Below, piece after piece: positions 28,062 through 41,653 of a stretch of 64,000 bases of DNA. The notes below the pieces were generated by a model. It made no database searches. It was given only the letters and a program-made list of their open reading frames with translations, and was not told where the DNA came from. Source of the DNA: the human T2T-CHM13v2.0 reference genome, Homo sapiens; assembly GCF_009914755.1 (NCBI RefSeq), contig NC_060932.1; one strand, written 5' to 3'. The position numbers and the translations under genes were made by a program. Each line of letters starts with the position of its first letter. Within the stretch, counting starts at the first letter, position 1.

Positions 28062-31000
28062 CTTTTTTCTTTCTAACTTTTATTTTAGATTCAGGGGATA
28101 CATGTGCAGGTTTGTTATATGGTAAAATGTATGTTTATTGGGGGAACCTGCCCCCAATATTTCAAAGTAGGTTCTATTTTCCATAAGTGTTGGCTGGCAT
28201 ACAAATAAAAAGAAAGAGTACAAAGAGAGGAATTTTACAGCTGGGCTTCCAGGGGTGACATCACATATCAGTAGGCCCGTGATGCCCACCTGAGCCTCAA
28301 ACCAGCAAGTTTTTTAGTAAGGGCTTCAGAAGGGGAGCTGGTGTAAGAACAGGGAGTAGATCACATCCTTTAAAGGGCAAAAAGGAGAACTACTGATAAG
28401 GGTCCAACAAAGATCACAAGGCAGAGGGCAAAAACAGAACTACTGATAAGGGTCTATGTTAAGCGGTGCACGTATTGTCTTGATAAACATCTTAAAAAAC
28501 AGAAAACAGGGTTCCAGAGCAGAGAACCAGTCTGACCACAAATTTAGCAGAGTTTTTCCCCACCCTAATAAGCCTGAGGGTACTGCAGGAGACCAGGGCG
28601 TATCTCAGTCCTTATCTCAACCGCATAAGAGAGACACTCCCAGAGCAGCCGTTTGTAGACCTCCCCCCAGGAATGCATTCCTTTCCCAGGGTATTAATAT
28701 TAATATTCTTTGCTAGGAAAAGAATTTAGCAATATCTTCCCTACTTGCACGTCCATTTATAGGCTCTCTGCTAGAAGAAAAATATAGGTCTTTTTGCCCG
28801 ACCCCGCAGGCAGTCAGACCTTATGGTTGCCTTCCCTTGTTCCCTAAAAATCGCTGTTATTCTGTTCTTTTTCAAGGTGCACTGATTTCATATTGTTCAA
28901 ACACACGTTTTACATCAATTTGTACAGTTAACACAATTATCACAGTGGTCCTGAGGTGACGTACATCCTCAGCTTAGGAAGATAACAGGGAAGAGATTAA
29001 AGTAAAGACAGGCATAAGAAATTATAAAAGTATTATTTGGGAACAGAAAAATGTCCATGAAATCTTCACAATTTATGTTCCACTGCTGCGGCTCCAGCCA
29101 GTCCCTCCATTCAGGGTCCCTGACTTCCAACATATGTTTCCTATAGAGATTATTTCATCACCCAGGTAATAAGCATAGTACCCAATAGGCAGCTTTTCAA
29201 TTCTCACCCTCCTCCCACTCTCTACCCTCAAGTAGGCTCTGGGGTCTATTGTTCCCTTCTTTGTGTTCCTGTGTACCCAAGGTTTAGTTTCCATTTGTAA
29301 GTAAGAACATGCAGTCTTTGGTTTTCTTTTCCTGCAATAATTCTCTTAGGATCATGGCCTCTACCTTCATCCATGTTGTTGCAAAGGATATGATCTCATT
29401 CTTTTTTATGGCTGTGTAGTATTCCATGCTATGTATGCACCACATTTTCTTTATCCAGTCCACCCTTAATGAGCATTTCAGTTGATTCCGTGTCTTTGTT
29501 ACTGTGAATAGTGCTGCAATGAACACACATGTGCATTATGTTTTAATAGCAGAATGATTTCTATTTCTTTGGGTATGTACTCAGTAATGGAACTGCAGAA
29601 TGGCAGTTCTAAGTTCTTTGAGAAAATCTCTAAACTGCATCCCATGGTGGCTGCACTAATTTGCATCCCTGCCAGCAGTGTAAAAGTATTCCCTTTTCTC
29701 CACAACCTTACCACCACCTGTTGTTTTTTGACTTTTTAATAATAGTCATTCTGACTGGTGTGAGATGCTATCTCATTGTGGTTTTGATTTGCAGTTCTCT
29801 AATGATGAGTGATATTGAGCATTTTTTTTCATATGCTTTTTGGTCATGTGTATGTGTTCTTTTGAGAAGAATCTGTTCATGTCCTTTGCCCATTTTTTAA
29901 TGGGGTTCCTTGTTTTTTTTTTTCTTGTTGATTTATGATTTATTTAAGGTCCTTATAGATTCTGGATACTGGGCCTTCATTTGATGCAGTTTGCCAATAT
30001 CTTCTCCCATTCTGTAGATTGTCTGTTTGCTCTAGTGATAGTTTCTTTTACTGTGCAGAAGCTCTTTAGTTTAATTAGGTCCCACTTGTCTAGTTTTGGT
30101 TTTGTTGCAATTGCTTTTGGGTTCTTAACCGAATATTCTTTGGCAAGGTTAATGTCGAAAAGAGTATTTCCTATGTTGTTTTTCAGGATTTTTATAGTTT
30201 GAGGTCTTACATTTAAATTTTTAATCCGTTTTGAGTTAATGTTTTGTATATGGTAAAAGGTAGGGATCCAGCTTCATTTTTCTGAATAGGCCTAGCCAGT
30301 TAGCCCAGCATCATTTACTTAACGAGGAGTCCTTTCCCTATTGCTTGTTTTAGTCACCCTTGTTAAAGATGAGATGGTTTTAGCTGTGCAGCTTATTTCT
30401 GAGTTTTCTGTTCTCCTCCATTGGTGTATGTGTCTGTTTTTGTACCAATATTACGCTATTTGGTTACTGTGACTTTATAGTGTAGTCTGAAGTCAGGTAG
30501 TGTGCTGTCTCCTACCTTGTCCTTTTTGCTTAGCATTGTTTTAACTATTCAGGTTTGTTTTTGTTCCATATGAATTTTAGAATAGCTTTCTTTTTCTAAG
30601 TCTGTGAAGAATGACATTGGTAGCTTGATAAGAGTAGCACTAAATCTATAATTTGCTTTGGGCAGTATGGCCATTTTTAATAATATTGATTCTTCCAATC
30701 CATTAGCATGAAATGTTTTTTCCATTTATTTGTACCATCCCTGATTTATTTCAAAGTGTTTTGTAGTTCTCCTTGTAGAGAACTTAAACTTCCGTGGTTG
30801 GCTGTATTCCTAGGCATATTACATTTTTGTGTGGCTATTGTGAATAGGATTGCATTCTTGATTTGGCTCTCAGCTTGGATGTTGTTGGTGAATAGAAATG
30901 ATACATATTTGTGTATGTAATTTTTATATCTTGTAACTTTGCTGAAGTTGGTTATCAGATCTAGAAGTCTTTGGGCAAAGGTTATGGGGTTGAATCATAT

Positions 31001-34000
31001 TGTCTACAAAGAGAGATAGTTTGACTTCCTCTCTTCCTATTTGGATGCCTTTCATTTCCTTCTCTTGCCTGATTACTCTGGATAGGACCTTCAGTACTAT
31101 TTAGAATAGGATTGGTGAGAGTGATCATCCTTCTCTTGTTTCAGTTCTCAAGAGAAATGCTCCAGTTTTTGTTCATTCAATATAACATTGGCTGTGGTGG
31201 GCTTTGTTATAGATGGCTCTCATTATTTAGTTATGCTCCTTTAATGCCTAGTTGAAGGTTTTTAACATAAAGTGATGCTGAATTTTATCAAAAGCCTTTG
31301 CTGCATCTATTGAGATGATTGTGTGGTTACTGTTTATAGTTCTGTTTATGTGATGAATCACATTTTTTGATTTGTGTAAACCCTGCTTGACCATGGTGGA
31401 TTAGGTTTTTGGTGTGCTACCGGATTGTTTGAAAGTATTTGTTGAGAATTTTTGTACTTATGATTACCAAAGATACTGAGCTGCAGTTTCCTTTTTTTAG
31501 TTGTGTCTCTGCCAGGTTTTGATTTCAGAATGATTCTAGCCTCATAGAATAAGGGAGGGAGGCATCCCCCCTCCTCAACTTTTTGGAATATTTTCAGTAG
31601 AATTGGTACCAGCTCTTCTTTATAGGTCTAGTAGAATTCAGCTGTGAATCCATCAGGTCCGAGGCATTTTCTGGTTTGAAAGCTTCCTATTACTGATGAA
31701 TTTTGGAACATTTGTTGGTCTGTTCAGGGTTTCCATTTCTTCCAGGTTCAATCTTAGGAGGTTGTATGTTTCCAGAAGTTTATCAATTTCTTCTCAATTT
31801 TCCAGTTTGTGTACACAGAGGTGTTCATAGTATCTCTGAGTATTTTTTGTATTTCTGTAGGATCAGTGGTAATGCCCGCTTTGTCATTTCTAATTGTGTT
31901 TATTTGGTTGTTTTCTCTCTTTCTCTCTCTTTCATTAGTATAGCTAGTGATCTGCCAATTTCATTTAATCTTTTAAGGAACCAACTCCTGGATTCATTCT
32001 TTTGATCTTTTGTATGTTTTTTTTTTTTTGCATCTCAGTTTCCCTAAGTTCAGCTCTGACTTTAGTTATTTCTTGTCTTCTGCTAGTTTTGGGGTTGGTT
32101 TGTTCTTGTTTCTCTAGTTTCTCTAAGTGGGGTATTGGGTTGTTAGTTGGAGCTCTTTCTAACTTTATGATGTGTGTGTCCAGTGCTATAAAATTTCCTC
32201 TTAACACTGCTTTAGCTGTGTCCCAGAGATTCTGGTATGTTGTGTCTTTTTTTTCAATAGTTTCAAGGAATTTCTTGATTTCTGCTTAATTTCATTGTTT
32301 ACCCAAAAGTTATAATTCAGGAACAGGTTGTTTAATTTCCATGTAACGTCATGGTTTTGAGAGATCTTCTCAGTATTGATTTCTATTTTTATTGTGCTGT
32401 TGTCTGAGAGTGTGGTTAGTATGACTTGGTGTTTTTTAAATTTGTTGAGTATGGTTTTATGGCAGATCATGTGGTTGATTTTAGAGTATGTGGCATGTGC
32501 AAATAAGAATAATATATATTCTGTTTTTGTTGAGGGTAGTGTTCTATAGATATCTATTAGGTCAATTTGACCAGGTGTCAAGTTCATGTCCTACACATCC
32601 TTGTTCATTTCGTGCCTCAATAATCTAATACTGCCAGTCAGGTATTTAAGTCTCCTCCTATTTTGTGTGGTTATCTAAGTCTCCTCATAGGTCTTTAGGA
32701 ACCTGTTTTAAAAATCTGGGTGTTCTGTTATTGGGTGCATATGTATGTAGAATAGTTAATTGAATTGAACTCTTTATGATTACATAATGTCCTTTTTCTA
32801 TCATTGATGGTTTAAAATTTATTTTTTCTGAAATTAGAATACTAACCCCTCCTCTTTTATGTTTTCCATTTGCTTGGTAGATTTTTCCTCATCCCTTAAC
32901 TTTTAGTCTCTGAATGTCATTGTATGTGAGATGGGTCTCTTGAAGACATCATACTTTTTGCTTTTTTTTTATCCAACTTAGCATTCTATGTCTTGTAAGT
33001 GGGGACATTTAACTTGTTTATGTTCAAGGCTAATATTGATATGTGTGGATTTTATCCTGTCATTATGTTTTTAGCTGGTTGTTAAGCTTGATTGATTGTG
33101 TAGTTGCTTTCTAATGTCAATGTTGTATGTGCTTAAGTGCATTTTGTGGTGGCTAGTAATGGCCTTTTGTTTCTACTTTTAGCACTCCCTTAAGGACGTT
33201 TTGTAAGGCAAATCTAGTGGCAATGAATTCCGTTCACATTTGCTTATCTGAAAAAGATGTTATTTATCCTTCACTTAGGAAGCTTAGTTTGGCCGAATAT
33301 AAAATTCTTGGTTGGAATTTATTTTCTTTAAGAATGCTGAATATAGATCCCCTGGTCTCCTCTGGCTTGTAGGGTTTCTGCTTAAATATCTACTGTTAGC
33401 CTGATCGGGTTACCTTTGTAGGTGACCTGCCCCTTCTCTCTAGCTTCCTTTAACAATTTTTTCTTTCACGTTGACCTTGTAGAATCAAATGACTATATAT
33501 CTTGAGGGTGGTTGTCTTGTCTGTTACCTAATAGTGATTCTCTGAATTTTCTGAAATTGAATGTCAACCTCTCTACAAGGCTGGGGAGATTTTCATGGAT
33601 AGTATTATAAAATACGTTTTCCAAGTTGCTTTCTCTCTTTCCCTCTCTTTCAGTGATGCCAATGTGTCATAGGTTTGGTCTCTTCACATAATCCCGCATT
33701 TCCTGGAGGTTTTATTCATTCCTTCTTATTTTCATTTTAAATCTTTGTCTGAGTTGATTTGAATAATTGATCTTTGGGGTCCAGGATTATTTTCTCAGCT
33801 TGGTCTATTCTGCTGCTAATACTTCCAGTTGTATTATGAAATCCTTATGGTAAGTTTTTAGCTCTATCAAATCAGTTTTGCTTTTTCTTAGAATGGCTGT
33901 TTTATCTTTCAGCTCTTGTATCATTTTGTTGAATTCCTTAGATTCTTAAGATTGGGGTGTCAACTTTCTTCTGAATCTCAATAATCTTTTATTCCTATTC

Positions 34001-34615
34001 ATATTTTGAATTCTATGTCTGTCATTTCAGCCATTCAACCTAGAAGGCTGAAAAAACCATAGCTGAAAAACTAGTGCAGTTGTTTGGATACAACAAGACA
34101 CTCTGGCTTTCTGAGTTGCCAGAGTTCTTGTGCTGACTCTGTCTCATATGTGTGGACTGATATTCCTTTCATATTTGAAGTTGTTGTCCTTTGGATGTGT
34201 TTTTTTTTTAATTTTATGTTATTTGATGCCCTTGGAGTTTGACTGTGGTGTAAGATGGCTTCATTCAAAAAGCTTCATCTGGAAGATTTCATGGGGGTGG
34301 AGTATGGCTCAGCTCAACACTCAGGCTGTTCACTCTAACCCTTGGGGGCTGGTGTCAAGCCCATGGCTTTGTTCTCTGGACCCTCAAGATTAAGCACCTG
34401 CTGCACTGGAGGGTCCGAGATATTACCAGTGCACTGGCATCAACATTCTGATGGGGGGTACCAGCTAAAGCACTGTATTGAGGCAGTGGCAGTGGGGTTC
34501 ACACTTGCATGTTCATGGCAATAGATGCATGGTGGGGTTTGCATGTGTTGGTAGGGATGTGGCACCAGTGGGGATGGTACAGCGGTGCCTGTGTACATGT
34601 GCATGTGCCATGGCA
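28062..34615 (-). mobile_element. Near full-length L1PA15/16-like element (3'UTR, ORF2, ORF1, partial 5'UTR), decayed
   Basis: Antisense 3' end ttttagattcaggggatacatgtgcagg; ORF2 endonuclease remnant DLIDIYRTL...TYSKINHM; ORF1 and 5' region to about 34.6 kb. Confidence 0.9.
28136..29132 (-). mobile_element. MER11A solo LTR (HERV-K11/HML-8)
   Basis: Minus strand starts tgttggaagtcagggacc...aacataaattgtgaagatttcatggac and ends ggttcccccaata; 6 bp TSD tatgtt at 28130-28135 and 29133-29138. Confidence 0.92.
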
Positions 34616-35859
34616 GTTTTTTATAGAAGTAATTATCTACCCGTGGAATGAGTAGAAAGTCATTCCACGGGTAGTAGGTATTGTGAAAGATAATGGGATT
34701 TTGCATCGTTATTCTGTTTAACTTTAAACATTCCACTCCCTTAAATAAGCTTGCATTTCAAAGCCTAGCTATTTCTTTTGTTAAATTTTGCCATGCTTGT
34801 GGTGGATTAAAATGAGCTTTCCAACTGATGGAAGAATTAAGTCAATGAGAGCCATGGTTAATGCCATTAAGAGGCTAGAGATGTAGAAACTGAAGTCTAG
34901 CTGAAAGAAAGCCAGTAGCTAATAGGTCAAGGTTGCAATGTACATAACCCTTCATTCATTTGGATCAACTACAATATGAACAGCATGTCCTGGGACACTT
35001 GACTAAAGTGGCCCTGCAAGGGGTAGGCTTAGTGTTCACAGTTAAGGCAAGAGCTTGGCACAAGGGCTATTCCTTAGCTGAATGGCCTCAAGAAAATCTA
35101 ATTGAATGTATTATTGGCTTGATTACAGTCACTCAGAAAATGGCTTATTCCACAATAACCCATAATTACACCTCATTCACTCTGAGACAGAAACTTCTTT
35201 TATTCCTTACTCCTGACCTTTTTAGATACTAATAAAATGTGTCATACTTGATAAATGAGAGAGGGCTATTTACTTGTCCTAATGGAAGAAACTTTAGATA
35301 TCCAAACTACTAACTTGACATATGCATATGCACAGATTCAGGGGCAGATTTTAGTATTTCTATTTTATAGCTCCATTGTAAAGAAGCCAAAGTGAACATT
35401 ATGTAAATAGGCATCCTCATGGGATATTCTGCTTTAAAAGGTCATGGTTTGGCAGGAAAAATGAGTATATATATATGCTTTTTGCGTCTAAAAGACTTAG
35501 AAGCAAAACAGGGTTTTATAACTAAGAAATGGAACTGAATGTCTCCTATATAATATACAAATATTTACTTGACTTACATTGAAATAAGTAACTCAATCAG
35601 CTTCTATTTTTTCTATGCACCAGGAAATTTTTCCTTTTGAATGTCATTTATTGTTCATAATACTGAGAATATGCTGGTGTCATGAGTAACTAGCTTCATA
35701 ACACTGTAGGTATCGTGTATATGGTATAAGGTATCTGCTATAATATCTCCATTTCTGTTGTTGACTTTAAGGCCTAAGTTAAAAATAATAGTTTCTTTCT
35801 TTCATTATTATTCCATATTTACCTTCTTATTCACCTCTATTAGACTCAGTCAGCTGAGA

Positions 35860-37060
35860 GTTTTTAATTGGTGAAGGGATCCCAAATATAATGCTCACAA
35901 GATCCAAATTACCTTATCTTTATTGGGTTCTCATAGTTTCCCACTGACTTATGTTATTGGACAGGGGATACTAAAAGACGCCTCAGTTAATTCTCAAATT
36001 CTGCATGTAGACTTCTTATTAGGTTCCTGTTGCTGCTATAACAAATTATCACAAACTTGGTTGACAGTAAGTCCAAACAACACACATTTATTATATTATA
36101 ATTCTGGATATCAGAGCTCTAAAATGGACTCACAGGTCTGTGCTCCTCCTGAAAGCTCCAGGAGATCATGTTTTCTTGTCCTTTCCAGCTTCCAAAAATC
36201 ACCCACACCCTTTGGCTGATAATCGCTTATTTCCCCTTCAAAGCCAACAGTGTAGCATCCTCAAATCTCTTTCCCTTTGCCCCTCTGTTTCTGCCTTCTG
36301 TCTGCCAAAAGATCTTTGTGGTTACACCACTGGCCCCACCTAGATATTCCAAGAAAATCTCCCCATCTCAGTATCCTTAATTTACTCAAATCTGCAAAGT
36401 TGATTTTGCCATATAAGGTAACATTTTCACACATTCCACAGATGAAGGTGTGGACATCTTTTAAGGACTATTATTCAAGCTACCACAACCTTTATTTTTC
36501 CTCATTATGTAGCAGCAATCCAAGATTTTCTTGGTAATCTCAATCAACCATCCCAAACAACAGAGCAAACTCGTTTTCTCCTTGTTGAGTCATTAGTATG
36601 GGTAGTATCAAACTCATTATGTTGGTCAAAATAGTTTTAACTCCTAGTCTGATGGAACCATGACTGTTGCCTTGGGCACTACAATCTGCAAATCTGTTAA
36701 GTCCAAAGCTATAGTCAAAAGAAGCAATATTTCCACAAGTAGATTATTAAGTGTAACAGAGAAAGAGATCTCTTTCTCTTATATCCTTTAGTTTCTAGGT
36801 TCATATTTTGTCAGTGGGGAAAGCAACACTATATATTGCCTCTGCTTTAAGAAATAAATTGTGTCCTATAGAACAATAACCCATAAGGTGTCATACTCAG
36901 ATGGAGTTCTGCTTGGGTCAACTGGAAGCCATTTTATTGTGAATAGGCTTTTGATAATATAAAGGAATTCTAGGGGTGGGAGCTTATTGGTACATATCTT
37001 TTTTTTTTCTTAAAACTAGTTGTTTGTCTAGGGGTGATATCATGTAGACAATATGTTAAC
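35860..37060 (-). mobile_element. ERVL/MaLR internal sequence remnant
   Basis: Minus strand near 36490-36550 reads DYQENLGLLLHNE, similar to ERVL-type DYQGEIGLLLHNG. Confidence 0.55.
36016..36487 (-). mobile_element. MLT1 (D/E-like) MaLR LTR
   Basis: ttgctgctataacaaattatcacaaac...atctgcaaag...ttgccatataaggtaaca...taccaca. Confidence 0.85.
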
Positions 37061-37180
37061 AAAAAGTCCAGTGGTGTGCTGTACTGATGACACTAGCTAA
37101 TGAGAAACAATTGTTAAAATTTTAAGCATTTTGCTAATTGGTTACTAAACACAGCTATTATTAAATTTAAAGTTTAAAGT

Positions 37181-38162
37181 TGACAATAGGAAAATGATAA
37201 AACTTTACTGAGCTTGTTATCACTTCTGTTAAAAGGTTTAGTTTCCTAAGTCCATCCTTATACCTTGATAATTAGATTTGTAGCCATCTGTTTAGTTAAT
37301 TTCTCTGATCAAAAAGGGTAACAAAACTTCTTTTATCATCCTAAGAGAGGTATGTAATTGTAGTGCAGAATCGGCCTGTAGGTTAAGCTCCCAAGGTGGT
37401 AGGAATACTGAGATGCTATGTCTCTAGGTATGAAGCCAAGACTTTGGAGAAATCTTTAGGTCATTGCTATACGTTACACGTTTGTTCCCTCCAAAACTTA
37501 CATTTCATTGCCAATGTAACAGTATTGGGAGGTGGGGCCTCTAAGAGGTAGTCAGGCCATGAGGGCTCCACCCTTGTTGATGGGTTTAATGCCTTTTTTA
37601 AAAGGGCTTTTGGGAATAGTTTCTCTCCCTTTGCTCTTCTGCTTTTCTGTCATGTAGGGAAAAGTGTTTTTCCCCAGCATTCAGGGCATCTTGGAAATGG
37701 AGACTGGACATTCTGCAGGCACCAAGCTTGCCAGCGCCTTGATTGTGGACTTCTCAGCTTGCAAAACTATTAGAAATACATTTATGTTCTTTATAAACTA
37801 CCCAGTCTCTGATATTTGGTTATAGCAACACAAAATGGACTAAGCCAGTCACAGGAGACAGTCACCTGAGATTTATCTGACGCTTGGAAAGATGTATTTG
37901 CATTCCAAAATGTTAGAAGAATGGCATTACTGTCTGTCTCCTCTTTGTCTGTCACCTATGGAGCAACTAGATACTTGAGTAGGACATTTGACCTGGCTTC
38001 CATCATTTCACTCCAGGAGTAAAATCTGGGGCAACGGTAGGGGGAGGATATCCAATTAGCTTTAGCTTTATTTACTATATCATAATTGATAAGATATTTG
38101 TCTTTGATCTAGGACATCTGGTGTGTAAGCAGTCAAAATAAAATTAATAATGTTGAATATCA
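37181..38162 (-). mobile_element. Probable solo LTR, family unassigned, itself containing an MST
   Basis: TG...CA ends (37181, 38162), near-TSD aaagt/aaaat, interrupts MER63. Confidence 0.45.
37465..37847 (+). mobile_element. MST (C/D-like) MaLR solo LTR
   Basis: tgctat...ccctccaaaact...ggaggtggggcc...ttggttatagcaacacaaaatggactaagcca; 5 bp TSD gtcat/gtcac. Confidence 0.88.
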
Positions 38163-38923
38163 AAAATTAAACACATACAGTAAAGTAAAATATATTAAAA
38201 AGAAAGACAATACTCAAATCTCATCACTTCCTAATTGTTTTACTAAATTTACTATTTCCTATGGTCTTGAATTTATGTTCACCTATTATATCTGTATGGT
38301 GAAAATACTATAACAGTGTGCCACAATGTGTATGTTTTCTCAAGTCCAAGTGTAGTGGATGACATACTGGCCATAATAAGAGTAAAGTATGGAAATTGAC
38401 AAACAGTAAAAATCATAACTATTTTTTGTTTGTCGGTTGTCTAAAATTGATGTAGAAAATGTTGATAATTCTGATTAAACTCAAAAGAATATTATGTCTG
38501 CAGCTATTACATTGTGAATAGAGGGGAGAACAAAATAAAATATTCCTCCCAAATTCAAACTCTGTTTTTTAAATTTAAGAAAGTAATCACTTACAACAGA
38601 ACATATATTTTTGTTACTTCACTTTCATCTTATCAATGTAAAATACCAACCAACATTAATGTCTGAACGACATTCATTGGTTAGTTGCAATCATAGATGG
38701 GTTATGGATAAAAGAGCTTAGCATAAATTAGCAAACTCATTTTATATGAAACAATTGGTTCTGTAAAATTTACCATAAAGAGTTTCATACATTATATTAC
38801 TGTTTGTAAAATTTGTTCTATACATTCTTTCTATCAATATTACGTATAATAAGTATGTGTATGAACATATAAACAAACTTTTATTGGCAAACTGGTTGTT
38901 AAGTATTTACCAGGATAACACTG

Positions 38924-39250
38924 ATAAGAAAGCATTCTCAAAGCTCACTAACAACAATAATGGAAGAAAAGTTGTGAACATGAAGGCAAACCCATATGCA
39001 AAATACCAGTGTATTTCAGTGTCTTCTTCTTGATGAAGAAGTTTAATTAAGTCAATCTGGACCCTCAGGAAACTGGGCTGCATGGGGATCTCAGTGTTGG
39101 ACTCTGCTATTGTCAGGAAGTTCAGCATAGCAGTAACTGGTGAGAGGTAGTTCATATGGTTGAGTTCATGCACAAATTCTATCCCTGCCACCTAAGTAGT
39201 CCATCTGACTGAATTAGGACTACGGAAAACTAGATCAGCTCTTTAAAAGG
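38924..39250 (-). mobile_element. ERVL/MaLR internal integrase-region remnant
   Basis: ORF 38907-39191 contains YFAYGFAF, similar to ERVL integrase TYSGYGFAF; 5' part resembles the GRDGGYAWAQ region at DNA level. Confidence 0.6.
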
Positions 39251-40031
39251 TAGCCTATCTTCTCAGGGGGGTTAAAAAAATATTCAAAACCAAGGAATCA
39301 TATACCTAGCAACATTAACCAACACTGTAATTAAGACATTAATCCAGGGATTTTCTTGCATATTTCACACTGAGTAGGATTAGACATTATAAGAAAAATG
39401 AATACAATTAAAAAGATTTCAGTGGGAAATTGACTGTCATTATCTTAGCTTATCATCTTATATAAAGAACTGAAATGATAATTTGCTGAGTGACTGTTGA
39501 AAATGTGTGGAAATGTTTTAAGAAAAGAATTATTTTTATCTGGAATGACGATTTTCTGAGCTGATATGAAGATGCACAATGCACTGATGAACTCCCTCAA
39601 TGCCTCTATTTATGGACCTGCAAATTGTTCAGGTTTGTCAGAATTATATTTTAATTTTAAATTTTCTGTTAATGCTGTGGCTGTTGAGGAGGAATGCCAA
39701 GCATAGTAATAAAGATTATCTTTATTTCATAAAAGTTGTTTTAAAATCCATTAACATCTAATGTTCTTCAAGAAGAAGCATCTCAAATAAACTTAAATTG
39801 TAGAAACTAGTTGCTAATCAGAATTTAGCTCTTAATACTAACAGAATATAATCTCCCCCTTTTTACATTTTGTTTACACAACCCTTTTCTGTGGTATTCA
39901 GTTTCTCTTAGGAATTCCTGATCATCTAAAACCTCCAGTTTCTCTCATACATATTTGCATGTCAAACATACAAATAAGTGATTGATGGAAATCGGTACTT
40001 ATGAATCCTTTCCAAATATTATTTTGGGAAT

Positions 40032-40114
40032 TATTAGTTTGAACTATAAAAAGTTGTGACGTTGTAGATCAAATGCAGTCTAATATTGACAATTTCTTAT
40101 AGTTCAATTCAGTA
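40032..40114. mobile_element. MADE2 mariner-derived MITE
   Basis: ~80 bp quasi-palindrome tattagtttgaactata...caatttcttatagttcaa. Confidence 0.75.
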
Positions 40115-40459
40115 GTCCATGTTCACGTTAGCATAAGAATTAGGTTGTGTAATTACTAAGAAGCAATTGCTTTTATACATATAAAATACAGTGGTGAGCT
40201 AAATTAATGCTCCCTATAATTTAAGTATCAGACTGAGGTGAAAAGTGACAATGGGGAGGTCTTGGACTTGGATTAGGTTCAAGAAACACATAAATTTTAT
40301 TATTATATCCAATGAGGTATAATCTCACTCACATTAAACAAACTTGATTAGTTAAAAAAGCACTAACAAGTCACTAAAGATGGTGCAGCTTAGTACAAAT
40401 TACTTGGGATATGTGCTGAAATGTTGAAATGGTTCCTTTCTTCAAGAAACAGAAATAAA

Positions 40460-40665
40460 TTATTGAATGCCTCTTAATTAGACACTGTGCTAGACACTTT
40501 GTACAAAGATTTTCATTTAAATGTCAATAATCCCATGATATCTTGTTCTAACTCAGAAAAGAAAAATGAAGCAAAATAAATTGCCTAAAATGGCACCGCT
40601 TTTTAAGTAGCAGACTTGAGATTTAAATCCACATCCCACTGAGTTCAGAGCCCCTGTTCCTTTTG
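40460..40665 (-). mobile_element. MIR SINE
   Basis: ttattgaatgcc...agacactgtgctagacacttt...aaattgcctaa...gagatttaaatcca. Confidence 0.7.
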
Positions 40666-41653
40666 TCATTTGCAGAAGGAATTCAAATAAAATCACTAAC
40701 AATAAAATATAATCACTTAGAGAAATCCAGCAAACAGTGATATAGAGAAAAAAAAAACCCACAAACTTATTTAAGAGAATTCTTAGCAAAGCAGAGAAAA
40801 TGGATTGTATCACTGAAAGTTTGTCAGAACAGAGAGAATATTTGCCTGGATGCTGTAAGCATGTTTCCCCCAATAATCAGAAGCTTACAATTTGCCCAAC
40901 TGTAAGATTACTATAAATGAGAGCTTAATGACCTGCGAAATATCATTTGAAAATGAAAGTTAGCTGTAAGTTGAAAAGCAAAAGCAGGAAGTACCTTTAT
41001 AATCCTCCTCCTGTATTCATTTGGAATGCAATCAGCTCAAATACTCAAGTGGCATCTTCACAAATTTCTCACACACGTGAATGTAGTCTTTGAAAGGCAA
41101 GCTTCATCTTGAGAATTACTGTTGCAGCTTGACTTACAATCTTCCCAAGAGGACACAAAAGAAAATCAAAATACTGTTAAGAATAACACATTTCTAACTT
41201 TATGAAATAATTCCAAAATCTCCGATTGCTCAGTAACATAATTATTCGTACAGTGGTATTAAACAAAATTGATTTAATAAAAATAAAACACTAATAGAAA
41301 TTAAAATATCTTCTGCAGATATACACTAGGACAACTATATTTACATGTAATATTTACATTTTCTAATAAAATAAGCTTAAGAAAATAATTTCATCTTCTA
41401 AATAAAATTACAACTGTATGACTAAAGTTATAATTTGCAGCTTTTTAATTGTAGAATCCTATACAAGTACAATCAATATAAAAATGTACTTATGATTATA
41501 TTGATTATGTCAGTTCAGCTACTATTAACATGGCAAATATATGAAGAGGTGAATCTTATAAATTATTTTTTATTCAGAAGATAAAAAAGTAAGTAAATAT
41601 CAGAAGCCATAAATCAGAGTTACATGTTTGACCCTGCCTCTTTCAGCTATTTC

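Larger units (their letters stand above)
37069..38923. mobile_element. MER63 (C/D-like) hAT DNA transposon, split by nested LTRs
   Basis: Termini cagtggtgtgctg and ttaccaggataacactg; internal ctcatcacttcctaatt and atctgtatggtgaaaatacta. Confidence 0.75.

Noticed and set aside
40032-40114. Hairpin that could be a pre-miRNA
   Set aside because: Explained by the palindromic MADE2 MITE; arms are degenerate and there is no expression evidence.
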